Shown one piece after another: positions 11,506 to 22,900 of a stretch of 64,000 nucleotides of DNA. The stretch lies in contig NC_057755.1 of NCBI RefSeq assembly GCF_004010195.1, positions 2,415,474-2,479,473 of the forward strand. The letters are read 5' to 3'. The notes beneath the pieces were generated by a model. The model worked only from the letters and a program-made list of their open reading frames with translations, was not told where the DNA came from and did no database searches. Both the position numbers and the translations under genes were made by a program. Numbering within the stretch: position 1 is the first letter of the stretch; each line of letters begins with the position of its first letter. Source of the stretch: Chiloscyllium plagiosum. Its lineage: Eukaryota.

Positions 11506-14200
11506 CCCTCCAGCCCTTTGGTACTTCACCCTTGTTTGGAGATGATACAAGATTTTCTATTAGGAGCCTTGCAATTTCCTCCTTAAATTCCTACAATGAT
11601 GTGGGATACTATTGATCAGGTCCTACCTTTATTTTTTCGAAGACCTCTAGCATGCCTTCTTCTGTCATGTAAACTGTTATCAAAACATAAACTTTTATTT
11701 CCCTGAGATATCAAATACCCATGTCTTTCTCAACAAATGCAATGGATGCAAGATATTCATTTAATATCTGTCCCATCTCCTCAACTTAAATGCAAACAAA
11801 ACCTCACTGATTATGAGAGGGGTCTACTCTCTCTCAATTTGCTCTCTTGCTCTTAATGGAATTGTAGAATTTTAAAAACATTATCTTTAACCTTATCTGG
11901 GAATGGTATTTCATCCCGTCTTTGTCTTCCCGATTTCCTTCTTAAGAGTACAAATAGATGCTTTAAGCTCGTCAAGAGATTCAGTTGATCCCAATTGTCT
12001 GTATCTAATATATGATTCCTTCTTTCTTCTTGACAACAACTTTAATTATTGTGTTCATCCTTTGTTTCTAATCCTACCAGTGTTGCCTTTCACTCTAACA
12101 GGAACATTATGCTTCTGAACTCTCATTATTACACAATTGAAGGGCTCCCATTTGTGAACGGTTTATTCCAATCAACTTTTCAAAGCTCAGTTTTATATCC
12201 TTAAAATGTGCCTTACTCCAATTAAGAGCTTTAACTTTTGTGGAAGACTAACCCATTTCCATAACTGTTTTAAAACTCGTAGTATTATGATCACCCGTGC
12301 CAAAGTGTTCCCTTGCTAACACTTCAGTCACATGCCTTGGTTTATTTCCTAAAGGCTGCTGCAGTATCTCAGTGGCTCAGTGGTTCACACTGTTGCCTCA
12401 AAGCAGGAGAAAACAATGTTCGATCCTCCCCTGCAGTGACGGCGCTTCTGTGGGATTTGCACATGCTCCCTGTGTCTATGTGGGTTTCCTCCAGATGCTC
12501 TGGTTCTCTTCCACAGTCCAAAGGTGTGCAAGTTAGGTTGGTTGGCCATTCCACCATAGTATCCAGGTATGAGCAAGTTAGGTTGGTTGGCCATTACACC
12601 ATAGTATCCAGAGATGTGCAGATTAGGTGTGCTACCCCATGGGAAATATAGGATAGGAGCATTGGTCTCGGTGGGATCCTCTTCCAAAGTTTAGTGTGGA
12701 TTCGTGAGGCTGAATGATCTGTTTCCACACTATAGGGATCTAAGAAGTTAAAGTTTTGCTCCTTTTCCAGCTGGAACATTAATGTATTGATAAAGAAAAT
12801 TTTCTTGAATACATTTTGGATTTTTTTTCATGATCCTATCCTTTAACACTGTGGCAGTCCCAGTCAGCGTTCGGAAAATTAAAATGCCCTACTTTTACAA
12901 ACTTATTAGTCTTATATATATTTGAGAGCTCTAAATATTTGCTTTTGAATTTTCTTCTGACTGTTGGGGATGCCGATAGTCCAATCCCATGAAGATGACC
13001 ATCCCTTTCTTATTTCTAATTTCAAAATATAGATTTTCACCAAATGATCTCTCAATAGTGGCTACGCTAAGTACAGTAGGAATGATTTTCTGAATCAAAA
13101 ATGCTACTCCCCCTACTCTCTTGCCTCTCTTCCTATCTTTCCCATAACATCTAAAACCTAGAACATTGAGTAGCCTGTCTTGTCTTGCCCACAGCTAGCT
13201 TTCTGTAATAAAAACAACAGCCCAGGCCCATGTTCCCATACATGCCGTGAATTCATTGGCCAGATATGTAAGATCTCTTGTACTGAAAGAAACCCGGTTT
13301 AATTTGTCAGAATTATTTGGTTCTCTGACTTGCTCCTGTCTGCTTTTTTTCTAATTAACTTGCTCTTTTCAAATTCAGAGCCTCTCTCATCTTTCTTTCT
13401 ATTTTCACTGTTATTTAGGAATCTCCAGCCCTTTTCTCTAAAAGTTTACAGGTTCTCGAAATAGAACTATTAGGTCTCCCAACCAGGATATCAGTCTCTT
13501 TCCAGATCAGGTGAAACCCACCTTTCTTGAACCGGTCATTTCTGTCCCAGACGATATCCAAATGATCCATGAAACAGAGTCCCAGCACATTGCACCAGCT
13601 CTTCAGCCATTGATTAATCTGTCCTCTCCTTTTATTCCTTCCCTCATCAAAACTTGGCATCAGAAGCAAACCCGAGATTTTTTCTTGTGATGCTCTGCAC
13701 TTTAACCTTCTACCTAACCTCTTAGACTCACTCTGCAAAGCATTAACCCATTCCCTGAATATGCCAGTCCTCCCAATGTGTGCAATAACTTCCAGTTTTT
13801 CTCTCTCTCTCCCCTTTGACAATCTGCTTCACACGTTTTGAGAAGTCCTTTACCCTGGCACCAGAAAAGCAACACACTCTCCTAGATTCACAATTACTGC
13901 TGCAGAATTCTCCTGTCTGTCCCCTGTCAGCAGAGCCCAGGATAACAATTATTCTTTTAAATCTTGAAAAACCCATTGAAGGATTCTTCCTTAGTGCCCA
14001 AGATCTGGCTACTATTTCTATTTACCTCTGAGAGAATATCTCTGTCAACAGCACCTGAACAAAACACAGAGAGGGGAACAACTGCAGGAGACGTCTGAAT
14101 GACCCTCTTCCCTTTGCTGACAGACAACGATCTGTCTGACTGTTCCTGCTGTGTAATCCCTTCTCTAAATCTACCCGTCATCCCACTCAGTGTCTCCTGT
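11505..14200 (-). mobile_element. Old CR1 LINE: ORF1 (esterase/SGNH-like) and ORF2 endonuclease region, decayed and interrupted by a SINE
   Basis: ORF1-like motifs RRVCCFSGARVKD, VIAHIG, INQWLKSWC and GFHL. APE-endonuclease-like GDFNFPNADWD and YRHPN are seen in the mirrored copy at 43916-44177. Confidence 0.8.
12361..12742 (+). mobile_element. HE1-type V-SINE with an internal tandem duplication
   Basis: A box GTGGCTCAGTGG, B-box-like GTTCGATCC, V-domain TGGGTTTCCTCCAGATGCTCTGG and a CR1-like tail TGTTTCCACACT. The segment caagttaggttggttggccatt is duplicated. Confidence 0.85.
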
Positions 14201-14262
14201 ATGGCTCCAATGACACAGAGTCTGAAATGAAGAAGCTCTCAATAGCACCTTACATCTAAAGA

Positions 14263-15315
14263 TAATCTCCGCATATATGCAATCTCTCCAGAGTCATCCA
14301 CTTATAGGCCTCTCCACAAGTTCCATATATAAACAATCTCTCCAGAGTCATCCATGTGTAGGCCTCACCATAAGCTCCGCATATATAAACAATTTCTCCA
14401 GAGCCGTCCACGTGTAGGCCTGTCCACAAGCTCCGTATATAAACAATCTCTCCAGAGCCAATAATGTGTCGGCCTCTTCATAATCTCCATATATAAACAA
14501 TCTCTCCAGAGGTGGCCACGTTTCGGCCGCTCCACAAGCTCCATATGCAAACAATCTCTCTCCAGAGTCGTCCACGTGTAAGCCTCACCACGAGTTCCAT
14601 GCAATTCTGGTCTCCTTCCTATCGGAAACATTTTGTAAAAGTTGAAAGGATTCAGAAAAGATTTACAAGGATTTTGCCAGGGTTGGAGCATTTGAGCTAC
14701 AGGGAGAGGCTGAACAGGCTGGGGCTGTTTTCCTTGGAGCGTTGGAGGTTGAGGGGTGACATTATAGAGTTTTACAAAATCATGAGGGGCGTGGATAGGA
14801 TAAGTAGACAAAGTCTTTTGCCTAGGGTCAGTGAGTCTAAAACTAGAGGGCATAGGTTTAGTGCGAGAGGGGAAAGATATAAAAGAGACCTAAGGGGCAA
14901 CTTTTTCACACAGAGAGTAGTACGTGAATGGAATGAGCTGTCAGAGGAAGTGGCGGAGGCTGATACAATTGCAACATTTAAGAGGCATTTGGATGGGTCT
15001 ATGAATAGGAAGTGTTTGTAGGGACATGGGCCGGATGCTGGCAGGTGTGACTGGATTGGGTTGCGATATCTGGTCAGCATGGACGGGTTGGACCGAAGGA
15101 TCTGTTTCCATGCTACGCATCTCTATGACTTTATGACTCTATGTTTAACAATCTCTCCAGGGCCGACCATGTGTAGGCCTCTCCACAAGCTACATACATA
15201 AACAATCTCTCCAGAGCTGTTCACATTTAGACGTCTCCACAAACTCCGTACATAATCAGTTTCTCCAGAGTCATCCACGTGAAGGCCTCTCCACAACCTC
15301 TGTATATAAACAATT
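14263..15315. repeat. 54-bp minisatellite (AATCTCTCCAGAGTCATCCACGTGTAGGCCTCTCCACAAGCTCCGTATATAAAC-like) split by a CR1 insertion
   Basis: Units start at 14281, 14335, 14391, 14445, 14499 and 14553, and resume after 15143. Confidence 0.85.
14597..15143 (+). mobile_element. 5'-truncated CR1/HER1 LINE inserted into the minisatellite
   Basis: QFWSPSYRKHFVKVERIQKRFTRILPGLEHLSYRERLNRLGLFSLERWRLRGD...FFTQRVVREWNEL. The tail ends in ctctatgactttatgactctatg. Confidence 0.92.
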
Positions 15316-15569
15316 CCTCCTTTTTCACATATTTGCTCATGTAATTTTACTTCTGTTAAAGCTTACCCACAAATTATGACAGATCCAGTCCTCTCTAGTT
15401 CCCTAGCTTTTCCTGAGTCACTTTCCTACATAATGGTACCACATCAGCCACCCTCAAATCTCTGGCTCCCCACCCGCTGCTGCCGATGATACAAATATCT
15501 CAGCAAGGGGCCCAGCAAGCTCTTCCCTAGCTTCCTCACAGTCTGACATTTTTGCAGGTCAGAGAATTC

Positions 15570-15790
15570 TGTAGAATCCATAGAATCTCTCCAGTGTGGT
15601 AACAGACCCTTCGGCCCAACGTGTCCACACCGACCGTCCGAAGAGTAACCTACATAGACCATTTGTGATACTCCATACTTAGCCCTAACCTACACATCCC
15701 TGAACACTATGGACAATTTATCATACTCAACTCACCCAACCTGTACACCTTTGGATTGTGGGAGGACACTGGAGCACCCGGAGGTAACCC
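15570..15790 (-). mobile_element. Partial HE1-type SINE (V-domain and 3' tail)
   Basis: The reverse complement contains GGGTGCTCCAGTGTCCTCCCACAATCCAAAG and TTGGGCCGAAGGGTCTGTT. Confidence 0.75.
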
Positions 15791-16515
15791 ATTGTTTAAT
15801 GCCGGACTGTATGATGTGGTCCACAAACAGCATGGCCTCCTAGCTGCTCCCAATCTACATCATAGAGACCATGGACAATGGTATATGGGAGGGTCTAGAC
15901 AAACCACAAACCCTGGAAAATCCTTTCAGAAGACAAATACTCCCAGAAGCAATGATCCAAAGACTAATGTTTGTCTCTATGGGACTTGACCAGCCATGAA
16001 TCTCCCGTGGTATACGAGAGCATGACTCCGCCTGTCTGAATCCTTGAGGAAAGGCATCATCAACCCTGTCCACAAGTGGAAGGGGGAAGGAGAGGGGAAT
16101 GACCCCACTGTGTCACTGTCACTGACCCCTGGGGACATTAAACTGACCCCACTGTGTCTCTGTCACTGACAATTGAGGACATTAGACTGACCCCACTGTG
16201 TCTCTGTCACGGACCCCTGGGGACATTAGACTGACCCCACTACGTCTCTGGCACTCACCACTGGGGACATTAGACTGACCCTACCGTGTCTCTGTCACGG
16301 ACCCCTGGCGACATTACACTGACCCCACTGTGTCACTGTCCCCTGGGGGTATAAGATTGACCGCACTGTGTCTCTGTCACGAATTCCTCTGGGTATTAGA
16401 CTCGCCCCACTGTGTCACTGTCACTGACCCCTGGGGACATTACACTGACCCCACTGTGTCACTGTCCCCTGGGGGTATAAGATTGACCGCACTGTGTCTC
16501 TGTCACTAATTTCTC

Positions 16516-16597
16516 GGTATGGGTGGGTTGCGCTTCGGCGGGTCGGTGTGGACTTGTTGGGCCGAAGGGCCTGTTTCCACACTGTAAGTAATCTAAT
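16516..16597 (+). mobile_element. Young 5'-truncated HE1 SINE 3' end inserted in the satellite
   Basis: GGTATGGGTGGG...GACTTGTTGGGCCGAAGGGCCTGTTTCCACACTGTAAGTAATCTAAT is similar to the tail of the SINE at 39836-40142. Confidence 0.85.
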
Positions 16598-19460
16598 TGT
16601 GTCTCTGTCACTGACACCTGGGGACATTAAACTGACCCCATTGTGTCTCTGTCACTGATCCATGGGGACATTAGACTGAGTCCACCTTGTCACTGTCACT
16701 GACCCCTGAGGGTATTAGATTGACCCCACTGTGTCACTGTCACTGAACCCTGGGGACATTAAACTTACCCCACTGTGTCTCTGTCACTGACCCCTGGGGG
16801 CATTTGACTGACTTCACTGTGTCACTGATCCATGGGGACATTAAACTGACCCCATTGTGTCTCTGTCATTGACCCCTGGGGGTATTTGATTGACCCCATT
16901 GTTTCTCTGTCACTGACCCCTGGTACATTACACTGACTCCACTGTGTCACAGTCATTGAAACCTGGTGACAATAAACTGTCCCTACTGTGTCTCTGTCAT
17001 TGACCACTGGGGGGATTAGACTGACCCCAATGTGTCTCTATCGCTGACCCCTGGAGACATTAGACTGACTACACTGTGTCTCTGTCACTGACCCCTCTGC
17101 ACATTAGACTGACCCCACTGTGTTTTTGTCACGGAACCCTGGGGACATTAGACTGACCCAACTGTTCTCTGTTACTGACCACTGGGGACATTAGACTGAC
17201 CCATTCTGTATCTGTCACTGACCACTGGGGACATTAGACCAACCCCACTGTGCCTCTATCACTGACCCCTTGGGACATTAGATTGACCCCACTGTGTCTC
17301 TGTCATTGAAACCTGGGCACATTAGACTGACACCACTGTGTCNNNNNNNNNNNNNNNNNNNNNNNNNNNNNNNNNNNNNNNNNNNNNNNNNNNNNNNNNN
17401 NNNNNNNNNNNNNNNNNNNNNNNNNNNNNNNNNNNNNNNNNNNNNNNNNNNNNNNNNNNNNNNNNNNNNNNNNNNNNNAACATTAGATTGACCACACTGT
17501 GCCTCTGTCATTGACCCCTGGGGACATTAGACCTACCCCACTGTGTCAAAGTCACTGACCACTGGGGACATTAGACCAACCCCACTGTGCCTCTGTCACT
17601 AACTTCTGGGGACATTAGACTGACCCCACTCTGTCCCTGTTACTGACCCCCGGGGGCACAAGACTGACCCCACTGTGACTCTGTTTCTGACCCCTGGGGA
17701 CATTAGACCGACCCCAAAGTGTACCTGTCACTGACCCCTGGGGGCATTAGACTGACCACACTATGTCTCTGTCACTGACCACTGGGGACATTAGACGGAC
17801 CCCACTGTGTCTCTGTCACTGACCCCGGGGACATTAGACTGACCCCACTGTGCCTCTGTCATTGACACCTGGGAAATTAGACTGACCGCAATGTGTCTCT
17901 GTCACTGACACCTGGGGACATTAGACTGACCCCACTGTGTCTCTGTCACTGACACCTGGGGACATTAGACTGACCCCACTGTGCCTCTGTCACTGACCCC
18001 TGGGGGCAATAGACAGACCTCACTGTCTCTGTCACTGACCCCTGGAGACATTAGACTGAACCTACTGTGTCTCTGTCACTGACCCCTTGGAATATTAGAC
18101 TGAACTTACAGTGTCCCTGTTACTGACCCCTGGGGACATTGGTCCCACCCCACTGAGTCTCTGTCACTGACGCCTGGGGACATTAGACTAACACCACTGT
18201 GTTCCTGTCACTGACACCTGGGGGCATTAGACTGACCCCACTATGTCTCTGCCACTGTCCGCTGGGGACATTAGACTGAACCCACTGTGTCTTTGTCACT
18301 GACCCCTGGGGGAATTTGACTGACCCCACTGTGTACCTGTCACTGACCCCTGGGGACATTTAGACTGAAGCCACTGTGTCTCTCTCACTGTCCCCTGGGG
18401 ACATTAGACTTACCCCACTGTGTCACTGAAACTAATTGCTGTGGCATGAAACTGAACCCATTGTGTCTCCGTCACTGACCACTGGGGGCTGTAAGGTGAC
18501 CTACTGTGTTTTGGTCACTGACCCCTGGGGGCATTTGACTGACCCCACTGTGTTTCTGTCACTGACCCCTGGGGACATTAAACTGACCCCACTGTATCTC
18601 TGTCATTGAACCCTGTGGGCATTTGACTGACCCCACTGTGTCTCTGTCACTGACCCCTGGCGACATTAGACTGATCCCACTGTGTCTCAGTCCCAGACCC
18701 CTGGGGACATTAGACTGGCCCATTCTGTATCTGTCACTGACACCTGGGAACATTTGACCGACCCCACTGTGTCCGTGTCACAGACCCCTGGGGACATTAC
18801 ATTGACCCCATTGTGTCTCTGTCACTGACCACTGGGGGCATTAGACTGACCCCACTGTGTCTCTGTCACTAACCGCTGGGGACATTAGACTGACCCCACT
18901 GTGTCTCTTTCACGGACTTCTGGGGACATTAGACCAACCACACTGTGTCTCTGTTACTGACATCTGGGGACATTCGACTGACACCACTGTGTCTCTGTCA
19001 TTGACCCCTGGTGACATTAGACTGACCCGAATGTGTCTCTGTCACTGACCACTGGGGACATTAGACTGAGCCCACTGTGTCTCTGTCACTGACCCCTGGG
19101 GACATTAGACTGACCACATTCTGTCTCTGTCTCTGACCCCTGGGAATATTACACTATCCTGACAGCGTCCCTGTCACTGACCACTGGGGACATTAGTCCG
19201 ACCCCACTGAGTCTCTGTCACTGACCCCTGGGGGCAGTAGACTGACACCACTGTGTTCCTGTCACTGACACCTGGGGACATTAGAGTGACCCCACTATGT
19301 CTCTGCCACTGACCCCTGGGGACATTAGACTGACCCCACTGTGTCTCTGTCTCTGACCCTTGGGAATATTACACTGTCCTGACAGAGTCCCTGTCACTGA
19401 CCCCTGGGGGCTTTAGACTGACCCCACTGTGTCTCTGTCACTGACCCCTGAGGACATTAT

Positions 19461-19973
19461 GGAGGAGAAAGTGAGGTCTGCAGATGCTGGAGTTGCAGGA
19501 GGTAGAAGCGGGAGGTGCGGGGTTGTGGGACTATGAGGTTGGAGGCGGTGGATGGGAGATCCCCCGAGGTGATGAGGTTATGGACGGTCTGGGAGATGAT
19601 GGCTTGGTGGTGGGGGGTGGGGTCATGGTCAAGGGGGCAGTAGGAGGAGCGATCTGCGAGCTGGCGTTTGGCCTCAGCGGTGTAGAGGTCGGTGCGCCAA
19701 ACTACTACCGCGCCTCCCTTGTCTGCTGGTTTGATAGTGAGGTTGGGGTTGCAACGGAATGAGTGGAGGGCTGCGCGTTCCGAGGGTGAGAGGTTGGAGT
19801 GGGTGAGAGGGGTGGGGGAGTTCAGGTGGCGGTTAATATCGCGGCGGCAGTTGGCTATGCAGAGGTCGAGGGCAGGTAGGAGGCCAGCACGGGGTGTCCA
19901 GGTGGATGGGCATCCTTTGCACCCGATGTGGCCTCCACCCGTCTCACCCACTCCAACCTCTCACCCTCAGAAC
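19461..19973 (-). mobile_element. Penelope-like retroelement fragment (N-terminal part of RT ORF plus terminal motif)
   Basis: ORF 19457..19951 contains NLSPSERAALHS and LTIKPADKGGAVVVW...Y...DPT, typical of PLE ORFs. It carries the terminal motif GAGAAAGTGAGGTCTGCAGATGCTGGAG and runs into an N gap. Confidence 0.85.
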
Positions 19974-22900
19974 NNNNNNNNNNNNNNNNNNNNNNNNNNN
20001 NNNNNNNNNNNNNNNNNNNNNNCCTGGGGGCATTAGACTGACCCCACTATGTCTCTGCCACTGACCCCTGGGGACATTATACTGAGCCCACTTTGACTCT
20101 TTCACTGACCCCTGGGGACATTATGCTGACCCCACTGTGTCTCAGTCACTGACCCCTGGGGGCATTAGACAGACCTCACTGTCTCTGTCACTGACCCCTG
20201 GGATATTTAGACTGACCCCACTGTGTCTCTGTCACTCACCCCTTGGAATATAAGACTGAACTGACAGTGTCCCTGTTACTGACCCCTGGGGACATTAGTC
20301 CGACCCCACTGAGTCTCTGTCACTGACCCCTGGGGCCATTAGACTGACACCACTGTGTTCCTGTCACTGACACCAGGGGGCATTAGACTGACCCCAACTT
20401 GTCTCTGTCACTGTCCGCTGGGGACATTAGACTGATCCCACTGTGTCTTTGTCACTGATCCCTGGGGGCATTAGACTGATCCCACTGTGTACCTGTCACT
20501 GACCCCTGGGGCCATTAGACTGACCCTCAGTGTACCTGTCACTGACCCCTGGCGGCATTTGACTGACCCCACTGTGTCTCTGTCTCTGACCCTTGGGAAT
20601 ATTACACTGTCCTGACAGCGTCCCTGTCACTGACCCCTGGGGACATTAGTCCGACCCCACTGAGTCTCTGTCACTGACCCCTGGGGGCAGTAGACTGACA
20701 CCACTGTGTGCCTGTCACTGACACCTGGGGGCATTAGACTGACCCCACTATGTCTCTGCCACTGACCCCTGGGGACATTATACTGAGCCCACTTTGACTC
20801 CTTCACTGACCCCTGGGGACATTATGCTGACCCCACTGTGTCTCAGTCATTGACCCATGGGGGCATTAGACAGACCTCACTGTCTCTGTCACTGACCCCT
20901 GTGGACTTTAGACTGACCCCACTGTGTCTCTGTCACTGACCCCTTGGGGCATTAGACTGACCCCACTGTGCCTCTGTCACTGACCCCTGGGGACATTAGA
21001 CTGACACCACTGAGTCACTGACACTGACCCCTGGGGACGTTAGACTGCCCCCAAACTTGTCTCTGTCACTGTCCGCTGGGGACATTAGACTGAACCCACT
21101 GTGTCTTTGTCACTGACCCCTGGGGGCATTAAACTGACCCCATTGTGTCTCTGTCACTGATTGATGGGGACATTAGACTGACCCCACTGTGTCACTGTCA
21201 CGGACCCCTGTGGGTATTAGACTGACCCCACTGTGTCAATGTCACTGATTCCTGGGGACATTAAACTGACCCTACTGTGTCTATGTCATTGACCGCTGGG
21301 GGCTTGTGACTGATCCCACTGTGTCCCTGTCACTGACCCCGGTGGTCATTACACTGACTTCACTGTGTCACTGTCACTGACCTCTGGGGACATTAATCTG
21401 AACCTAATGTGTCTCTGTCATTGACCCGTTGGGGCATTTTACTGACCCAGCTGCGTCTTTGACACTGAACCCTGGGGACATTAGACTGACCCCACTGTGT
21501 CTCTGTCACTGAACCCTGGGGACATTAGACTGACCACACTGTGTCTCTGTCACTCACCTTTGGGGACATTAGGCTGACCCCACCGTGTCTCTGTCACGGG
21601 CCTCTGGGGACATTACACTGACCCCACTGTGTCATTGTCACTGTCCCCTGGGGGTATTACACTGACCCCACTGTGTCTCTGTCACTAATTTCTCTGGGTA
21701 TTAGACTGGCCCCACTGTGTCACTGTCACTGACCCCTGGGGACATTAGACTGACCCCATTGTGTCTCTGTCACTGACCCCTGGGGACATTAAACTGACCC
21801 CGTTGTGTCTCTGTCACTGAACAATGGGGACATTAGACTGAGTCCACCTTGTCACTGTCACTGACCCNNNNNNNNNNNNNNNNNNNNNNNNNNNNNNNNN
21901 NNNNNNNNNNNNNNNNNNNNNNNNNNNNNNNNNNNNNNNNNNNNNNNNNNNNNNNNNNNNNNNNNNNNNNNNNNNNNNNNNNNNNNNNNNNNNNNNNNNN
22001 NNNNNNNNNNNNNNNNNNNNNNNNNNNNNNNNNNNNNNNNNNNNNNNNNNNNNNNNNNNNNNNNNNNNNNNNNNNNNNNNNNNNNNNNNNNNNNNNNNNN
22101 NNNNNNNNNNNNNNNNNNNNNNNNNNNNNNNNNNNNNNNNNNNNNNNNNNNNNNNNNNNNNNNNNNNNNNNNNNNNNNNNNNNNNNNNNNNNNNNNNNNN
22201 NNNNNNNNNNNNNNNNNNNNNNNNNNNTGTGTCTCTGTCACTGACCCCTGGGGGCATTTGACTGACCCCACTGTGTCTCTCTCACTGAAATCTGGTGACA
22301 TTAAACTGACCCTACTGTGTCTCTGTCACTGACCCCTGGGGGCATTTGACTGACCCCACTGTGTCTCTCTCACTGAAATCTGGTGACATTAAACTGACCC
22401 TACTGTGTCTCTGTCACTGACCCCTGGGGGCATTTGACTGACCCCACTGTGTCTCTCTCACTGAAATCTGGTGACATTAAACTGACCCTACTGTGTCTCT
22501 GTCACTGACCCCTGGGGGCATTTGACTGACCCCACTGTGTCTCTCTCACTGAAATCTGGTGACATTAAACTGACCCTACTGTGTCTCTGTCACTGACCCC
22601 TGGGGGCATTAAACTGACCCCATTGTGTCTCTGTCACTGATTGATGGGGACATTAGACTGACCCCACTGTGTCACTGTCACGGACCCCTGTGGGTATTAG
22701 ACTGACCCCACTGTGTCACTGTCACTGATTCCTGGGGACATTAAACTGACCCTACTGTGTCTATGTCATTGACCCCTGGGGGCTTGTGACTGATCCCACT
22801 GTGTCCCTGTCACTGACCCCGGTGGTCATTACACTGACTTCACTGTGTCACTGTCACTGACCTCTGGGGACATTAAACTGACCCCGTTGTGTCTCTGTCA

